The notes beneath the pieces were generated by a model. That model was not told the origin of the DNA, did not search any database, and worked only from the letters and a program-made list of their open reading frames with translations. A DNA stretch of 64,000 bases, taken from NCBI RefSeq assembly GCF_947568905.1, contig NC_079172.1, positions 71,238,001 through 71,302,000 of the forward strand, given 5' to 3'. Numbering within the stretch: the stretch's first letter is position 1; each line of letters begins with the position of its first letter. This DNA comes from Ostrea edulis (taxonomy: Eukaryota). A program made the translations under genes and the position numbers. Below are positions 10,041 to 22,783 of the stretch, piece by piece.

Positions 10041-11832
10041 TATGCAATGTAATTTGATATACTGTACCCTATTGGCAGTGAGAAGTCTTTATCGAGCCAA
10101 CGCCTGACTCGACTTTCATTGCTATATGTCAAGAGTTTGAAGAAGTGCTATCATTACCAACATGTATTTTCACGTCTTAAATCGGACGAGGCCAAGATAC
10201 CCACCGAATCACCAGTATCTTGTTTGTAGGAAGCATGGACATTAGTGTGCACGTGTAACCAAATTTCACAAGATGGCTGTAGGGTTGTGAGTCCATTTAT
10301 TCAGCAATGGAAAAATATCGATGATATGGTGGGATTAAGGGAATAAAACCGAGATGAGATGACAACATATAAACAACACATAGACAATACTAAGACATCG
10401 TATTTCGACAATAACAAATAAAGATAACATTTGATTAATGGAAATTACATAAATGCTTAGACCATTAATTCATAATTTACACAATTTCTGCGATTAAAAT
10501 ATATAATTAGCTTAAGTCAATCATATGTACATACATATATATACCGGTTTGTGGAACCGAGTTAGTCCCCTATACAGTTGGTTTATAACCGAGTTCTATG
10601 TATTGACCTATTAAGATATCAATGTATTCAATACATGTATTCAAAAATCATTTGTATTCAAGGATGCATCAATTAAAAATAAAAACCAGCAACAACTAAA
10701 CAGACATTTGTAACGTTTAGCAGCTTCCATTCTTCTCTTTCATACAAGTTTGACAATTTTATTTCATTAAAATACGTTTTCCATTCATTAATTACTTATA
10801 GAATTAAATCAGTGATTTTATGTATTTTGAATAGCTTATTTACTTACAGGTAAAGGTGTTGTATGGAACAATCCCAGTACTTTTAGATTTACTAAAACCT
10901 AGTAGTCACACCTATATAAGACATACTATCCTTCTACTGGTCTAACAACTCACTAACTAATATATACTCAAGAGTTAGGACCAATACAATTCTGACACTG
11001 CCATATCCACTTAATGTAGAATTATTGTTATATGGTAATGAAAATTTATCTGAGAGTGAGAACTGTCACAACAACATTTTTTATTTAGCCCAGAAATTTC
11101 TTGTTAAAAGTAAAAGGTTCTGAGCCAACCTCTGAAAGCTGTTCTACTATATCTACATGTAATACTGTCATATTTTATATAAAATATACTCATGTGCACC
11201 AAGGTTGTAATAAGTGGAAACCTGTGTTTATTACTTATTGTTTATATGGCATAACTCTACAATGTAGGGTGGGCCACAAAAGGAGACCAAAGTTTTACAA
11301 GGAGGTATACAAGTAAATATCTATCAAAATCTTCTTTTTTTAAAAAAAAAAAGGGAGGGGTGGGGGCTTTTAATATTAATTTGCAAGCATCATTGGGTAG
11401 GATAGCTTTATATTTGCATAAATCATGGGTGTGATGTCACGATAGGGAAATTAAGTTATATATGAGAATACAAGTGATTAGTGTATATTGGGGAATAAAC
11501 TTTTGAAATCTTTTTCTCAAGAGAAACAGGGCCAAGAATAGTCATATCAAAGAGACCCTATAGCTCATTTTGCGCAAAAGTCATGAAATCACAATTTTCC
11601 CAGAACTCTTTCATATTTTGTTGCATCATTGAATGTATTAAGTGTGCGAAAATAACACTTATTAAAAGTTGAAAATTCTCATTTAATGCAAAAATTAATA
11701 CTTTTTGATGGCCCATACTAAACAACATTCAGTGTCCTTTCAGTCTTCAGGCGCATGCACAGCATATCGTCTTATGAGAGAAAGCGTACAGTGGATAGAC
11801 CTAGAATTTTGACAGATTCTGCATGAAAAGAG

Positions 11833-11834
<2 letters not shown>

Positions 11835-11869
<35 letters not shown>
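11835..11869 (+). repeat. Poly(A) tract of 35 nt
   Basis: Directly visible. Confidence 0.9.
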
Positions 11870-11871
<2 letters not shown>

Positions 11872-13860
11872 GAATGACATCAATCTCATAGGCGAACTAA
11901 AATTTACGTTGGGATCAGGATGCCCGTTTGAAAGCTAGAGCTAGGAAAAATACACCCATGACCCAGAGGCGGATCCAGGATTTCCGAAAGGGGATATAGA
12001 ATACAAATAGAAAATTATACAAAATAATAGAAACTATACCAGGCAAATTGAATTATACAATATAAATTATGAAATATACAATATTAATGGAAATTTATAG
12101 AGAACAAATAAAATCACACGATACAACTGGAAAATACACCATGCATACAAAAGGGCAATTACACAGGATACAAATGGAAACGATCGAATATTTCAACGTT
12201 TCACCTACCGTACTGATACAATACAGCAAGTGTGAATAACAGATATGAACCCTGAAAATCAGAGGATGTTCATATTGATTGCTTGCTTTTAAATAATTCG
12301 CATACATCTCATTAGTCTTATCAAGAGATCAATGTAAGTTCTACTATTCTCTTCTACTTTCATACTTGCAATAATTTGTACACAATCTGTGTACGCCATT
12401 TAAGGAACAGACGTCTACATTGTTGATATTGAGATAGATCAATCGATCAATGTTTTATTTCTTGCAGTACAAAGTAAAACATTAAAAATGTTAGTACATA
12501 TTGTGTAATACAGACAAAACAATACAAATGGAAATCGTACGATATAGATATTGAATATAGAATACAAACGAAAAATTATATATTAAAAATAAACATACAC
12601 AATACGAATAAAAAAAATAGATAGTAAAATAGAATATAAATATAAAATTTAATTATAGAATACAAATAGTAAATATACTATACAAATTGACGATTAAAGA
12701 ATACAAATAAAAAAAATTTGTACAACACAAATTGTGAAAAATATTATGCAACACAAATTATTAAATATATGATAATATCCCGTGGGAAGTCTGGTTGTAA
12801 TAGGTCCTCAGTGGCCCTTGCTTGTCGTAAAAGGTGAATATATATATATAGGTCTGTACTTTAGTGAGATTGTAGGAAGCGAACATTGATATCCAGTCAC
12901 ACAATGTACACATGCATTCTTATTGTCAAACACACACGGTACAATTTCTTAGATATTAGTGACACGTGCTGATGTATCATGCTCAGTATCGGGACCCCCC
13001 CCCCCAACAAAATAGAAACAACAATCACAAATCGAGGGGGGGGGGAGGGGGGAGGGGGCATTCACATGTTGGGTACGTATCACTTCACGTCACATCATCC
13101 TGTACTTATTGTGCTTATGTTTAAAAACAAATGGATTTGTGGTGAGGTTTTTTCAATATATGCAATGTTTATGAATCTTACAATTCTTGTGTGACCTTTT
13201 CCTTGTGTATATTTAAATGACATTGTGATCGCTGTCATGTATATAATGCTGTGACACAGGTGGCGCTCCATAGATCTGTCACAAGTCCATTTTCTGCTCG
13301 ACCGATTTCCATTCCATCAATATGTATCTACCCAGATTTACGACAGATTCAGTGACTGCAGCTTAATGTTTACACTGTGTATCTGAGCAGGTATGTTTTA
13401 TGACGACTAGTAAATATATTTCAATTTAAAATCCCCGTCCAATGTTAATACAGATCTGACTAAAGAAATTAAATATTAGAAATGGTTTAGATTTAGATAC
13501 GTGCCGTATAAAATTTCAGGAAGAGGTCATAAGATAGTGATTTTCGACAACAGTTTCCACTTTGGCAGCAACAGTTACTGAGTAATAATTGATTGTGATG
13601 AAATATTGAATTTAAATTCAATAATTTGATTTTTTTTTCTACTTTCGTTTTAATAATAAACATGTACGTTGCAAGTGGAAGCTTGTTTTCTTCTTTCCTA
13701 TATTTGTTTTATTTATTTTTTTGGGATACAGTCTAAACACATTTACATGCACAGTCCTCTGTCTACTGGTAAAGTTAATAAACTTTGAGATATTCTGCTA
13801 AATCTAGAACGTTTTTTGTTTTTAAATTCTCATTATTTACGTGTTGTTTACAATCTACAG

Positions 13861-15518
13861 ATGTCCAGACGGGACATAAAGTTTGCCCAGCACTATGTGG
13901 AGTGTACACAGTGTGAGGCGAACGCTGAATATTACTGTAACACCTGTACTGACAACCTGTGTCAGGTATGCCGGGACCGTCACACCAAGAGCAACGCCAC
14001 CAGATCCCACGTCATCGTCCCCTACCAGGAGAGACCGACGACATCTCCAAACACCGAATCCTGTCACATCCATCCAGAATTATCTTATGACATGGCGTGT
14101 CAGGAATGCAAGCTTCCGGTCTGCTCTAGATGTATGAAGGAAAACCATAAAGATCACACATTCAGAAATATTGAGGGCACATTGAAAGACACCGAGAAAC
14201 CCTGCAGAGACAAGATTCAAAACGCGAAGAAGAATATCCTCCCAAAACTGCGCGACCGCTTAAAGAAATTATCTGATCAGAGAACAAAGTCCAAGGAGAA
14301 AAGAACTGACATAAGGAGACGACTGCGAGAAGATGCAAAACAGATTAAGGATTTAGTAGACACCATTCTCCAGGAGAAACTCGGAGATCTTGATATCAGC
14401 GACAAATCCCTGGATGAGGAATTCGAAAATCAAACAGCCATTATATCTCGTTTTATATCCAACTATGAAGATTTCATCGACGGGTTTGAAGATGAAGAAA
14501 AACGACCGTACGAGAAGCTAGCGCTGCGAAATGAAATACTCCAGTCTGAAGTTACAGAGCCTGAATTACCAAGCATAGAAAATCCTCAGTACCAACCAGA
14601 AATCATCAACAAGGACGGGGTCATGAAGCTGTTTGGAAAATTAAGTATGCCAAAGAGATCTACGTATGAAAAACAAAAACAAAAAATTTCAAAAAAACTT
14701 AACGTGTCAAGAAATATTTCTATCGGTTCTCCTGTAAAATGTCTGGAGTTCGATGTGCCCTCTAAAGATTTAGTCAGATTTCCTGTGTATCTGTAGACAA
14801 AGTTTGGGTTGGAGATAAAAAAGGCCAGATCATGCTCATGAACAAGACTGGAAATAAATTGGACGAGATTAAAACAGATTTGTCCTCTATATGGGGTTAT
14901 CACGCTGTGACTTACGATGGTGATTTGCTGTACATCGACGAATCAAACAACAGCATCAAGAAATACACATCAGACAGGAAGACCACAACTGTAATCATAA
15001 CCACGGGAGCCTGGACGCCCTGCAGTGTGTACTCCTCCCACAGTACCGGCGACATACTGGTGGGGATGATTAGTGTTGACGGGAGAGTGGTCCGATACAA
15101 CAAGGAGGGTCGTGAGCTGTGGCAGAGTCAGTACAACGCCCAGGGTCAGCGTCTTTATGGTTATCCTAACTATATAACAGAAAACGTGAACGGCGACATC
15201 TGCACGTCAAACGGTATCCTCAATAAAGGCGTGGTGGTGGTGGTGGACAGGGACGGAAATCACCGGTTCTCCTACAGAGGGCGTCAGGACGGATCAAAAT
15301 TCAATCCATTGGGAATCTGTACCGACGTCCACGGGCGGATCCTAGTGGTAGTCAATCTTGGCATCGTCCATATGATTGATCAGAACGGAGAGTTTATCAC
15401 CGTCCTACTGACCAGTGATCATGGAATATCTTGTAATTACGGACTGTGTACAGACAGGGACAATAATATCTGGCTTTGTGGACTCAACAGAGTCAAAATG
15501 TACAAGTATTTGAATTAG
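13861..15518 (+). CDS. RING-less TRIM-like protein (B-box, B-box, coiled coil, NHL/beta-propeller) with one frameshift near 14770 (pseudogene or assembly indel)
   Basis: B-box 1 CTQCEANAEYYCNTCTDNLCQVCRDRH..H; B-box 2 CHIHP....MACQECKLPVCSRCMKENHKDH; a helical K/E/L segment. The other frame continues SQISCVSVDKVWVGD into NHL-like repeats (YPNYITENVNGDIC, FNPLGICTDVHGRILV, YGLCTDRDNNIW). An acceptor (TCTACAG) directly precedes the ATG, and a candidate 5'-UTR donor is CAG|GTATGT at 13391. Confidence 0.88.
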
Positions 15519-17322
15519 TCGTGAAGTCACTGTGGCGGCTACTGTCCCTCTTTATTGATTGAAGTAACTTTGCGCAGATTTACATATAATAACAATTGAA
15601 AGATTACACCAGTTACTTTCTCAAAGAACACGAATTATGTCAATCCGCGCAAGGAAAGCCTACACAATTCCAAATTTTAAAACAAACAGACGGAAAAACA
15701 GTTTTGTCCCATGATTTGTTAGCACATCTTAAAACTAGTGCTTAGAAAGCAGTTGTGATAGAACATTGACTTTTGCTAGAAACAAAAAATTCAATAATTT
15801 CATTCAGTCAACTTATTCATATTGAAGAATTTTGTTTATCAGAGTTCAATAAACTACGTAATTTTATTAACGAACGTTTGGTTGCGAAATAAATCTTCTT
15901 CTAACAACACAAATAATTGCAATAAAATACAAAGGCTACAAATCCATAGAAACACAATGTAAACAACATCCTGAATAAAATAAACATCGTACTGTACTGT
16001 CATTTTTGTTTTGTTGAATAATAATTCCCCCTCTTTTGATCACGAATTAAATTGAAGGTCGAGGTACCGTTTTCATTAATTGATAATGTTCAACGTATTT
16101 TCGTAAGACCGAAATGGTAGTTTTTGGCAAATTCACAAAATACGATCGATGTCTGAGAAAATGATTGATACCACAGTACTACATGTATATATAGTGTATA
16201 CATGTAAGAGGATATTTTGTTTTATGCATCTCAAAAAACCAAAAACAAATTCATTTGAACCAAAGTTATCAGCAAAAAAGATCTGTAAAGGAAGCTCGGA
16301 AGTTTAAAAGTCTCAATCAACACGCCATCACAGAAAAAACACAAAGTTGTTGTATTTAGTTTCCACGGTCCCTTTTTATGCAGGACATTCAGCAATTTGC
16401 GACCCGGGTGACTTAAGCAAAACAGACATGTTAAATCAAAGAAAAGGCCTATCTGTTCACAAGTATAATGCCGGTATCATTAATCGGCACAATACACCCA
16501 GGAAACATCTTCACCTGATGATATGATGTATTTTTTGGAAACATGCTCTCCTTCATTAATGTTACACATGTGTCTAGCGGGAAGACATATTAAACAAATA
16601 AATGGTATTGCATAGAAGAATGCATGAAATAATGCGCTGCTGGCGCACATGAGTTGAATAAACAATATCTTCAATTCAAATGAATTTAAATACAATATTT
16701 AAATAATCGCGTGCATTATTTATATTATTGATAAGGTAAAAAAAAATTCATCATAACAGAAATTCCTAATATGTGAGTTCCTTATTAGCGAGTTTTACTG
16801 TAAACTTAAATTATTCCTTTCTTAAACTGAATTATTTAATACATATCAACAACTAAGTGAGGAGTTGCTAAGTTGATAATGCACACGGTATTAAGAAATT
16901 ATCCTTATTGCAGAGTAATAATTCAATCAAATTCAATAATTTCACTTCTTTAAAACCATAGGTGTAATAAGTGGAAAAGGGTGAATGTAAATGAATTAAT
17001 TAACGAAAGCGATGATCCTAATCATGCACAAGAGTTGAATTGTAAAATATGTGAATTCAGAGAATGTATGCGAATTCTAGTAATGTTCTGTTGAAAATGA
17101 ATGCGCGATATTATTTTGAACAAAAAATATTGTTCATATAGTTGCCCATAAATAGGCTTCAATTTGTCTTCTACTTGTTTAATAAAAGGATGGATGTTGA
17201 TAAAAATGAAATATATAATTTTCAAAATATCAAACTGCAATATAGTTTGTAAGGTACTTGGTTGCTAAGTAAAATTGAGTTATTACTTTCAGCAAGTTAT
17301 CTTAAAAGCTGACAGTAATTCC

Positions 17323-17325
<3 letters not shown>

Positions 17326-17360
<35 letters not shown>
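17326..17360. repeat. (GA)n microsatellite
   Basis: Directly visible. Confidence 0.95.
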
Positions 17361-17364
<4 letters not shown>

Positions 17365-18301
17365 CAGAAGTTAATTCTATATTCGATATTCAGCACTTCT
17401 GACATATGGTCTCCTGGTTCAGGAAATTTTAATACGGCTGATTCAACACTAAAATCACAGATTGCAGAAACGAACAGGCATACATATTTCATTTATTCAA
17501 TCAAAGCTTATTTCTTCTATAAGATCAAAATCAAGCATCGAAAAACACAACCACTATTTATTGATATTTAAAAAATAAAAGAACAAATATTTAACATATT
17601 TGAACATATTTGTGATTGAATATATATAACTTAATAGAACAGAGTGAATCTGAAGCAATAAACCCGTCAAATCAGCAGAAAATGTCGATTCATGAATCAT
17701 TGTCATCCTGTCAGTAATTCCTGTACATAATCTCCGATGTGCATTGACCTCGAAGGTCACCAGTTCGGAAAAAGCGAAAGAGGGGTACTAAGGACGAGTC
17801 AGATTTGTAAAGAATTTAACATGTCAATTTTGTTGAATATTCACAATCAAAATTACATTTGAGTGACACATGCGTAATTATTTCTTTCTTACACTTATAG
17901 TACTGTTTGTCTTTCATAAAACGCTGTAATATTTTTAAACAAATGACGTGTAGGCTAGTTATCCACGTCAGTTTCCGTCTTTGTATATAACCTCAGCCTC
18001 GGCAATTCGATTATGTTCGGCAATCATCGTTCCCATGTCCTTGTATACGACGCCATGGCGGTTTATATGAAACGCCCATTGTAGGTATGCTCTCAAACAA
18101 TTTTCCGTTGCTTATTTTGCAGAATTTTTGTTCAGATCTTGGGGATTATATTAGTTATACCGATAGGTGTTACTTAGTGCACAATTGGATTGTTAATACC
18201 GTCAGTTACAGCTGATGTTGCTTTAAGAATTGCACTGGCTTAAATCCACCAAAGCGTGCCCATCACTTCACTCTCGGAGTGTTTTTCTCAGAGAAACAGG
18301 C

Positions 18302-18626
18302 ATGAGTTCCAACCCGTGTTTGTCTCGAGTCGACCTCAAGCCCGATTCTCCACTGGCGCAGGGTTTGTAGAATCCAAGATGGCGTGAGAATGCATGAAAA
18401 TTGATTAGCGAGTTTTAAAAATTTATATCAATTTCTGAATGAATAACCATCATTTTCATTTCATCAAGTAGAAATTTAGTTACATGTATCTATAGTGTGT
18501 TTCTTTAAAAACTAATCTTATACATGTAGTCATATAACGAACACATAGTACATTTTTTACAACAGCATGAGATCACGGAGTAGTGAAATCCTATTAATTA
18601 CCTTACTGAAATGATGCGTCATCGTC

Positions 18627-18712
<86 letters not shown>

Positions 18713-18775
18713 AAGTACACGATAAATTAAACTCCACAATGAATGTCACACAAAAAGAACATTAAATTCAACATA

Positions 18776-18830
<55 letters not shown>

Positions 18831-20544
18831 GTTTTTAATCTGTATATGTGCACCGGTACTTATAGAAAAGATAGCTTTATAAATGTGCAGATATGTACAA
18901 TGTTTATATTAAACTGAATAGATATTCATTCTCAGTACAACTAAGAAAAGTATCACCTCAAAATACGATGATATTGGAGTTGTAGTGTAACGGAATATAC
19001 TGAGCTGACCGGAGTTTGTAACGGAATATACTGAGCTGACCGGAGTTTGTAACGGAATATACTGAGCTGACCGGAGTTTGTAACGGAATATACTGAGCTG
19101 ACCGGAGTTTGTAACGGAATATACTGAGCTGACCGGAGTTTGTAACGGAATATACTGAGCTGACCGGAGTTTGGAACGGAATATACTGAGCTGACCGGAG
19201 TTTGGAACGGAATATACTGAGCTGACCGGAGTTTGTAACGGAATATACTGAGCTGACCGGAGTTTGTAACGGAATATACTGAGCTGACCGGAGTTTGTAA
19301 CGGAATATACTGAGCTGACCGGAGTTTGTAACGGAATATACTGAGCTGACCGGAGTTTGTAACGGAATATACTGAGCTGACCGGAGTTTGTAACGGAATA
19401 TACTGAGCTGACCGGAGTTTGTAACGGAATATACTGAGCTGACCGGAGTTTGTAACGGAATATACTGAGCTGACCGGAGTTTGTAACGGAATATACTGAG
19501 CTGACCGGAGTTTGTAACGGAATATACTGAGCTGACCGGAGTTTGCAATAATCCCTACATACTAGTACTTGTAATTTTGTGCGAACAAAGAATATACGAT
19601 TAAATTTTTCAACATTTCTTATCCATGTTTTCTCAAAATCGTTTGACAACAGGCATGCACTATTTAGACATTTTGAGCAATGATGTATATTTGTTATACA
19701 TATATTTTCAATCAATGTTACAGTTATAACTATTTTAGTTTGGATAGGTGTTGAATTTAGTATTTGCATATATCTTGCTAACATACCATTTTCCAATGTT
19801 TTAATGTATAGCAAAAAAGTCTGAAAAGGTCCGTTGCCACATAATTTGTTTGAAAGAAAGGGGTAGTTTTCGTTGGACTTAATGCACAGTTTTGAAATTC
19901 ATTATCATTGTTAGATTTCTTGTATTCCGAAGAAAATATCTATGTTTATCTTATACATATATCTTGATATCATTAATTTACACTAAATATCTTCATTTTA
20001 TGTGGTCCTTATCCATATGACAGCATGTTTGGTCAAATCATATTGTGCAATAGCGAAAACATAAACGCATGGCGATAAACAATGCCTCCCTAATGTAGGA
20101 TAATACCAATGGCATTTCTAGCAAGTCAAGTTAAAAAAAAACCTTACCGCTTCCTTATTTGGCAAGAATCCTCATTTCTCAAGGACTCCATGTTTATTTT
20201 AGAAATTCAACGGACAGTGTCCGTTGCTTTTTCTGAAAGTGTCCTTTTTAACGGAAAGTATCCGGCATGCCTATTCACCTGACCGATTAATACTTTGTTC
20301 TGATATAGAAATTCCTCTGTGGTTAAGTTGGTTGAGACAAAATAGCTCACCAAAGTTTCCTGCACCACAAACATCGCCAGACCCATTGTTGGGAACAACA
20401 CCAGAATCTACTGAGGAGGACTCTATGGAAGATTCCATTCAGCCTCCACACGACAAGAGAAAATCGGAGGCGTCAAATGGTGAAACATCTGTGTGCCTAA
20501 GACGTGAACCTGTGAAGGTAGCTTGTAAAAGTTCAACTTCCTAA
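18302..20544 (+). CDS. Candidate small orphan protein of about 98 aa (coding exons 18302-18362 and 20309-20544); unverified
   Basis: Upstream donor AG|GTATGC (18085), acceptor TTTTTCTCAG (18291), ATG at 18302, donor G|GTTTGT (18363), acceptor TTCTGATATAG (20308). Phases are compatible and give MSSNPCLSRVDLKPDSPLAQEIPLWLSWLRQNSSPKFPAP...STEEDSMED...KSSTS*. No recognised domain. Confidence 0.3.
18634..18827. repeat. Compound (TA)n(TG)n microsatellite plus a second (TA)n tract
   Basis: Visible at about 18634-18710 and 18779-18827. Confidence 0.95.
18987..19544. repeat. 31-bp minisatellite, 18 near-identical units
   Basis: Unit GTAACGGAATATACTGAGCTGACCGGAGTTT; 558 bp = 18 x 31. Two units carry a T>G change. 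Confidence 0.98.
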
Positions 20545-22631
20545 TGCGCTGACATATTTTGACTTTAGTGGTTAAAATCACCATCCCTGTTGTATATAAT
20601 TGTATACAAGTTTATTATTGAGTGTTTTTGTCTTTTGAAATTATCTAAGTGTTCACATAGGGTTTCTATTTCACATTAAATGTGGTTTGTTTTTACTGGC
20701 CAATTCGTCGTTGTCATTTCATGGCTGGAGTCATGCCCCAAATACCACGGCGAGGAGTGTAGTGGAACCAAATACCCGGAGGCACGAATTAACCAGATGT
20801 ATCTCAGTGTTGATCCCGCCTTGCTTCAGAGAACATCGTGGTCTGGACCCCAGGCCGAATTCCTGCAGCATTGAGGTACCTGACTAGCACACCACTATTT
20901 CAATTTTTGATGCACGGTTTGAATGTAGCAAAAATGAACACAATAACCGTACAACAAAGAGAAAGTAAGTACTGCAAACTCTGATTACATGAAATAAAAC
21001 CATAGAGCTACATTGTCGCTTTCAATGCGAAAATCAATATTACAAGTTAACAGGTCTCGGACACTGAACGTTATTGTTTATTTTTTTTTTAAATCATGAT
21101 TATAAATATATATAATTCAATTCAATAAAATAATCAAATGATAATGATGGGTTTGCATATATATGATTAAGTTTATTATTTCATAGGCCGGCAGTACATC
21201 ACAAATGTTTCTCTAAAACCATAATATATAATCGCCCTCCTCCTGGCGGCCGATAATAGATAATGCATGTACATAAAACAAAACCACCAACTGTGCAGTT
21301 AATCAGCATACATTTTATGGATAAATTTTAAGGTGCCACCTTATTTTTATATTTCATTATGTTTGTATTTAACAAGATTTATAAAAATTAGGGATATCCC
21401 AATGTCATTCTTGTTTAGGTTGTCTGAGTTGTAGTTTTGGTACTCGGGGATCTCTCTATTATAGGGGTTGTAAATAAGTTGTCAACTTCTTCAATTGTCA
21501 TTAATAAATGACAATTTTCAACCAACAATATGTATTCTATTGTTAATTGCCAAGAAAAATAACAAAGCTGCAGGACATGAGAAAACCGGTTTCTTCGAAT
21601 AGTATTTGATATTCTTATAAAAAATGGACAGCATAACAGTAGTAATTAAATTCAGTTCTATGTGATTGGTCAATGTTTATTGAATAAAGTAATGATAGTG
21701 TTCCCGTGCAATACAGTGTTTACTGATACACTTACTTTATAATTTCAGTGTACTTTTCAAGTTCTGTAGACCACTACATGTACACAACAGGTACCCGAGT
21801 GTCTCCCACATCCAAGGACAACAGATTACAGGTGTGGAAATAATTAACAGGACCAAATGGTCTAAGTAGTTTGATGCTTTAGAACATTGCCGACTCTGTT
21901 ATTGTTCCGTTGTATACTTCTACATAACAGGTACTTAAGTATTCCATACTTCTTAAAACAACAAATTAAAGGTGTGAAGAAAAAATGGTCAGGATTTCGA
22001 CATCATGAAAATGAGTTTAGCGTCTTGAGGCATTATAAATGGTTTTGTGTTTTGAATTTTTTATATGTATAAAACTGATTTTCAAATAATTTAAAAACCA
22101 AATCAAGAGAGTTAAACCAGCATCACAGTCACGGGAGTCTACCGTAACAAACAATGAATAAATGCCATGAAAATGAACAAGGTGTACAAACTGCATTATG
22201 CCCAAGATACATGAAAATATAGCATCTGTCGTACGAGCTCATATTCAGTAGAATGGTCTGCTGGACTCTTTGTACTTCAGTGTTCCATACCTCAGAAAAC
22301 AGCAGATTGGAGGTGCGAAGAAGAAGAAAGGTCAGAATTTCAACATCATTAAAATTAGTCTAGCATTTTGAAACATTGTAAATGGTTTTGTGTATTGGAA
22401 AAATATATATATATAACTTGATTATCACATGAGATTAAATAACCATGATATGAAAAACTTAATGCAAATCAAGAGAGTTAAACCAGCATCACAGTCATAG
22501 GACTCTACCCTAACAAACATTGAATAAATGCACTGAAAATAAACATGGTGTACAAACTGCATTATGCCCAAGATACATGAAAATATAACATCGGTCGGAC
22601 GAGCTCATGTTCACTCTTTTGATCACGGAAT

Positions 22632-22783
22632 TTAGACACAGTGACCAGATTCGGTGTTGATACACAGATTCTTTGTAGCACACACATAACCGTACGGTCT
22701 TCCCGTGACACACCACACGTAGTATGGACAGCCCATGGGGTGCTGCTCATAGTAGGTAGAGTTTTTATTGCTGCAGTAATCAC
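22632..22783 (-). CDS. Terminal exon: chitin-binding type-2 (CBM14/peritrophin-A-like) domain and stop
   Basis: (S)DYCSNKNSTYYEQHPMGCPYYVWCVTGRPYGYVCATKNLCINTESGHCV*; C-x14-C-x5-C-x9-C with HP..C..Y..C; acceptor TTCCATCAACAG. Confidence 0.8.

Noticed and set aside
18909-19814. 301-aa and 196-aa minus-strand ORFs
   Set aside because: The 31-aa period equals three units of the 31-bp array; non-coding repeat.
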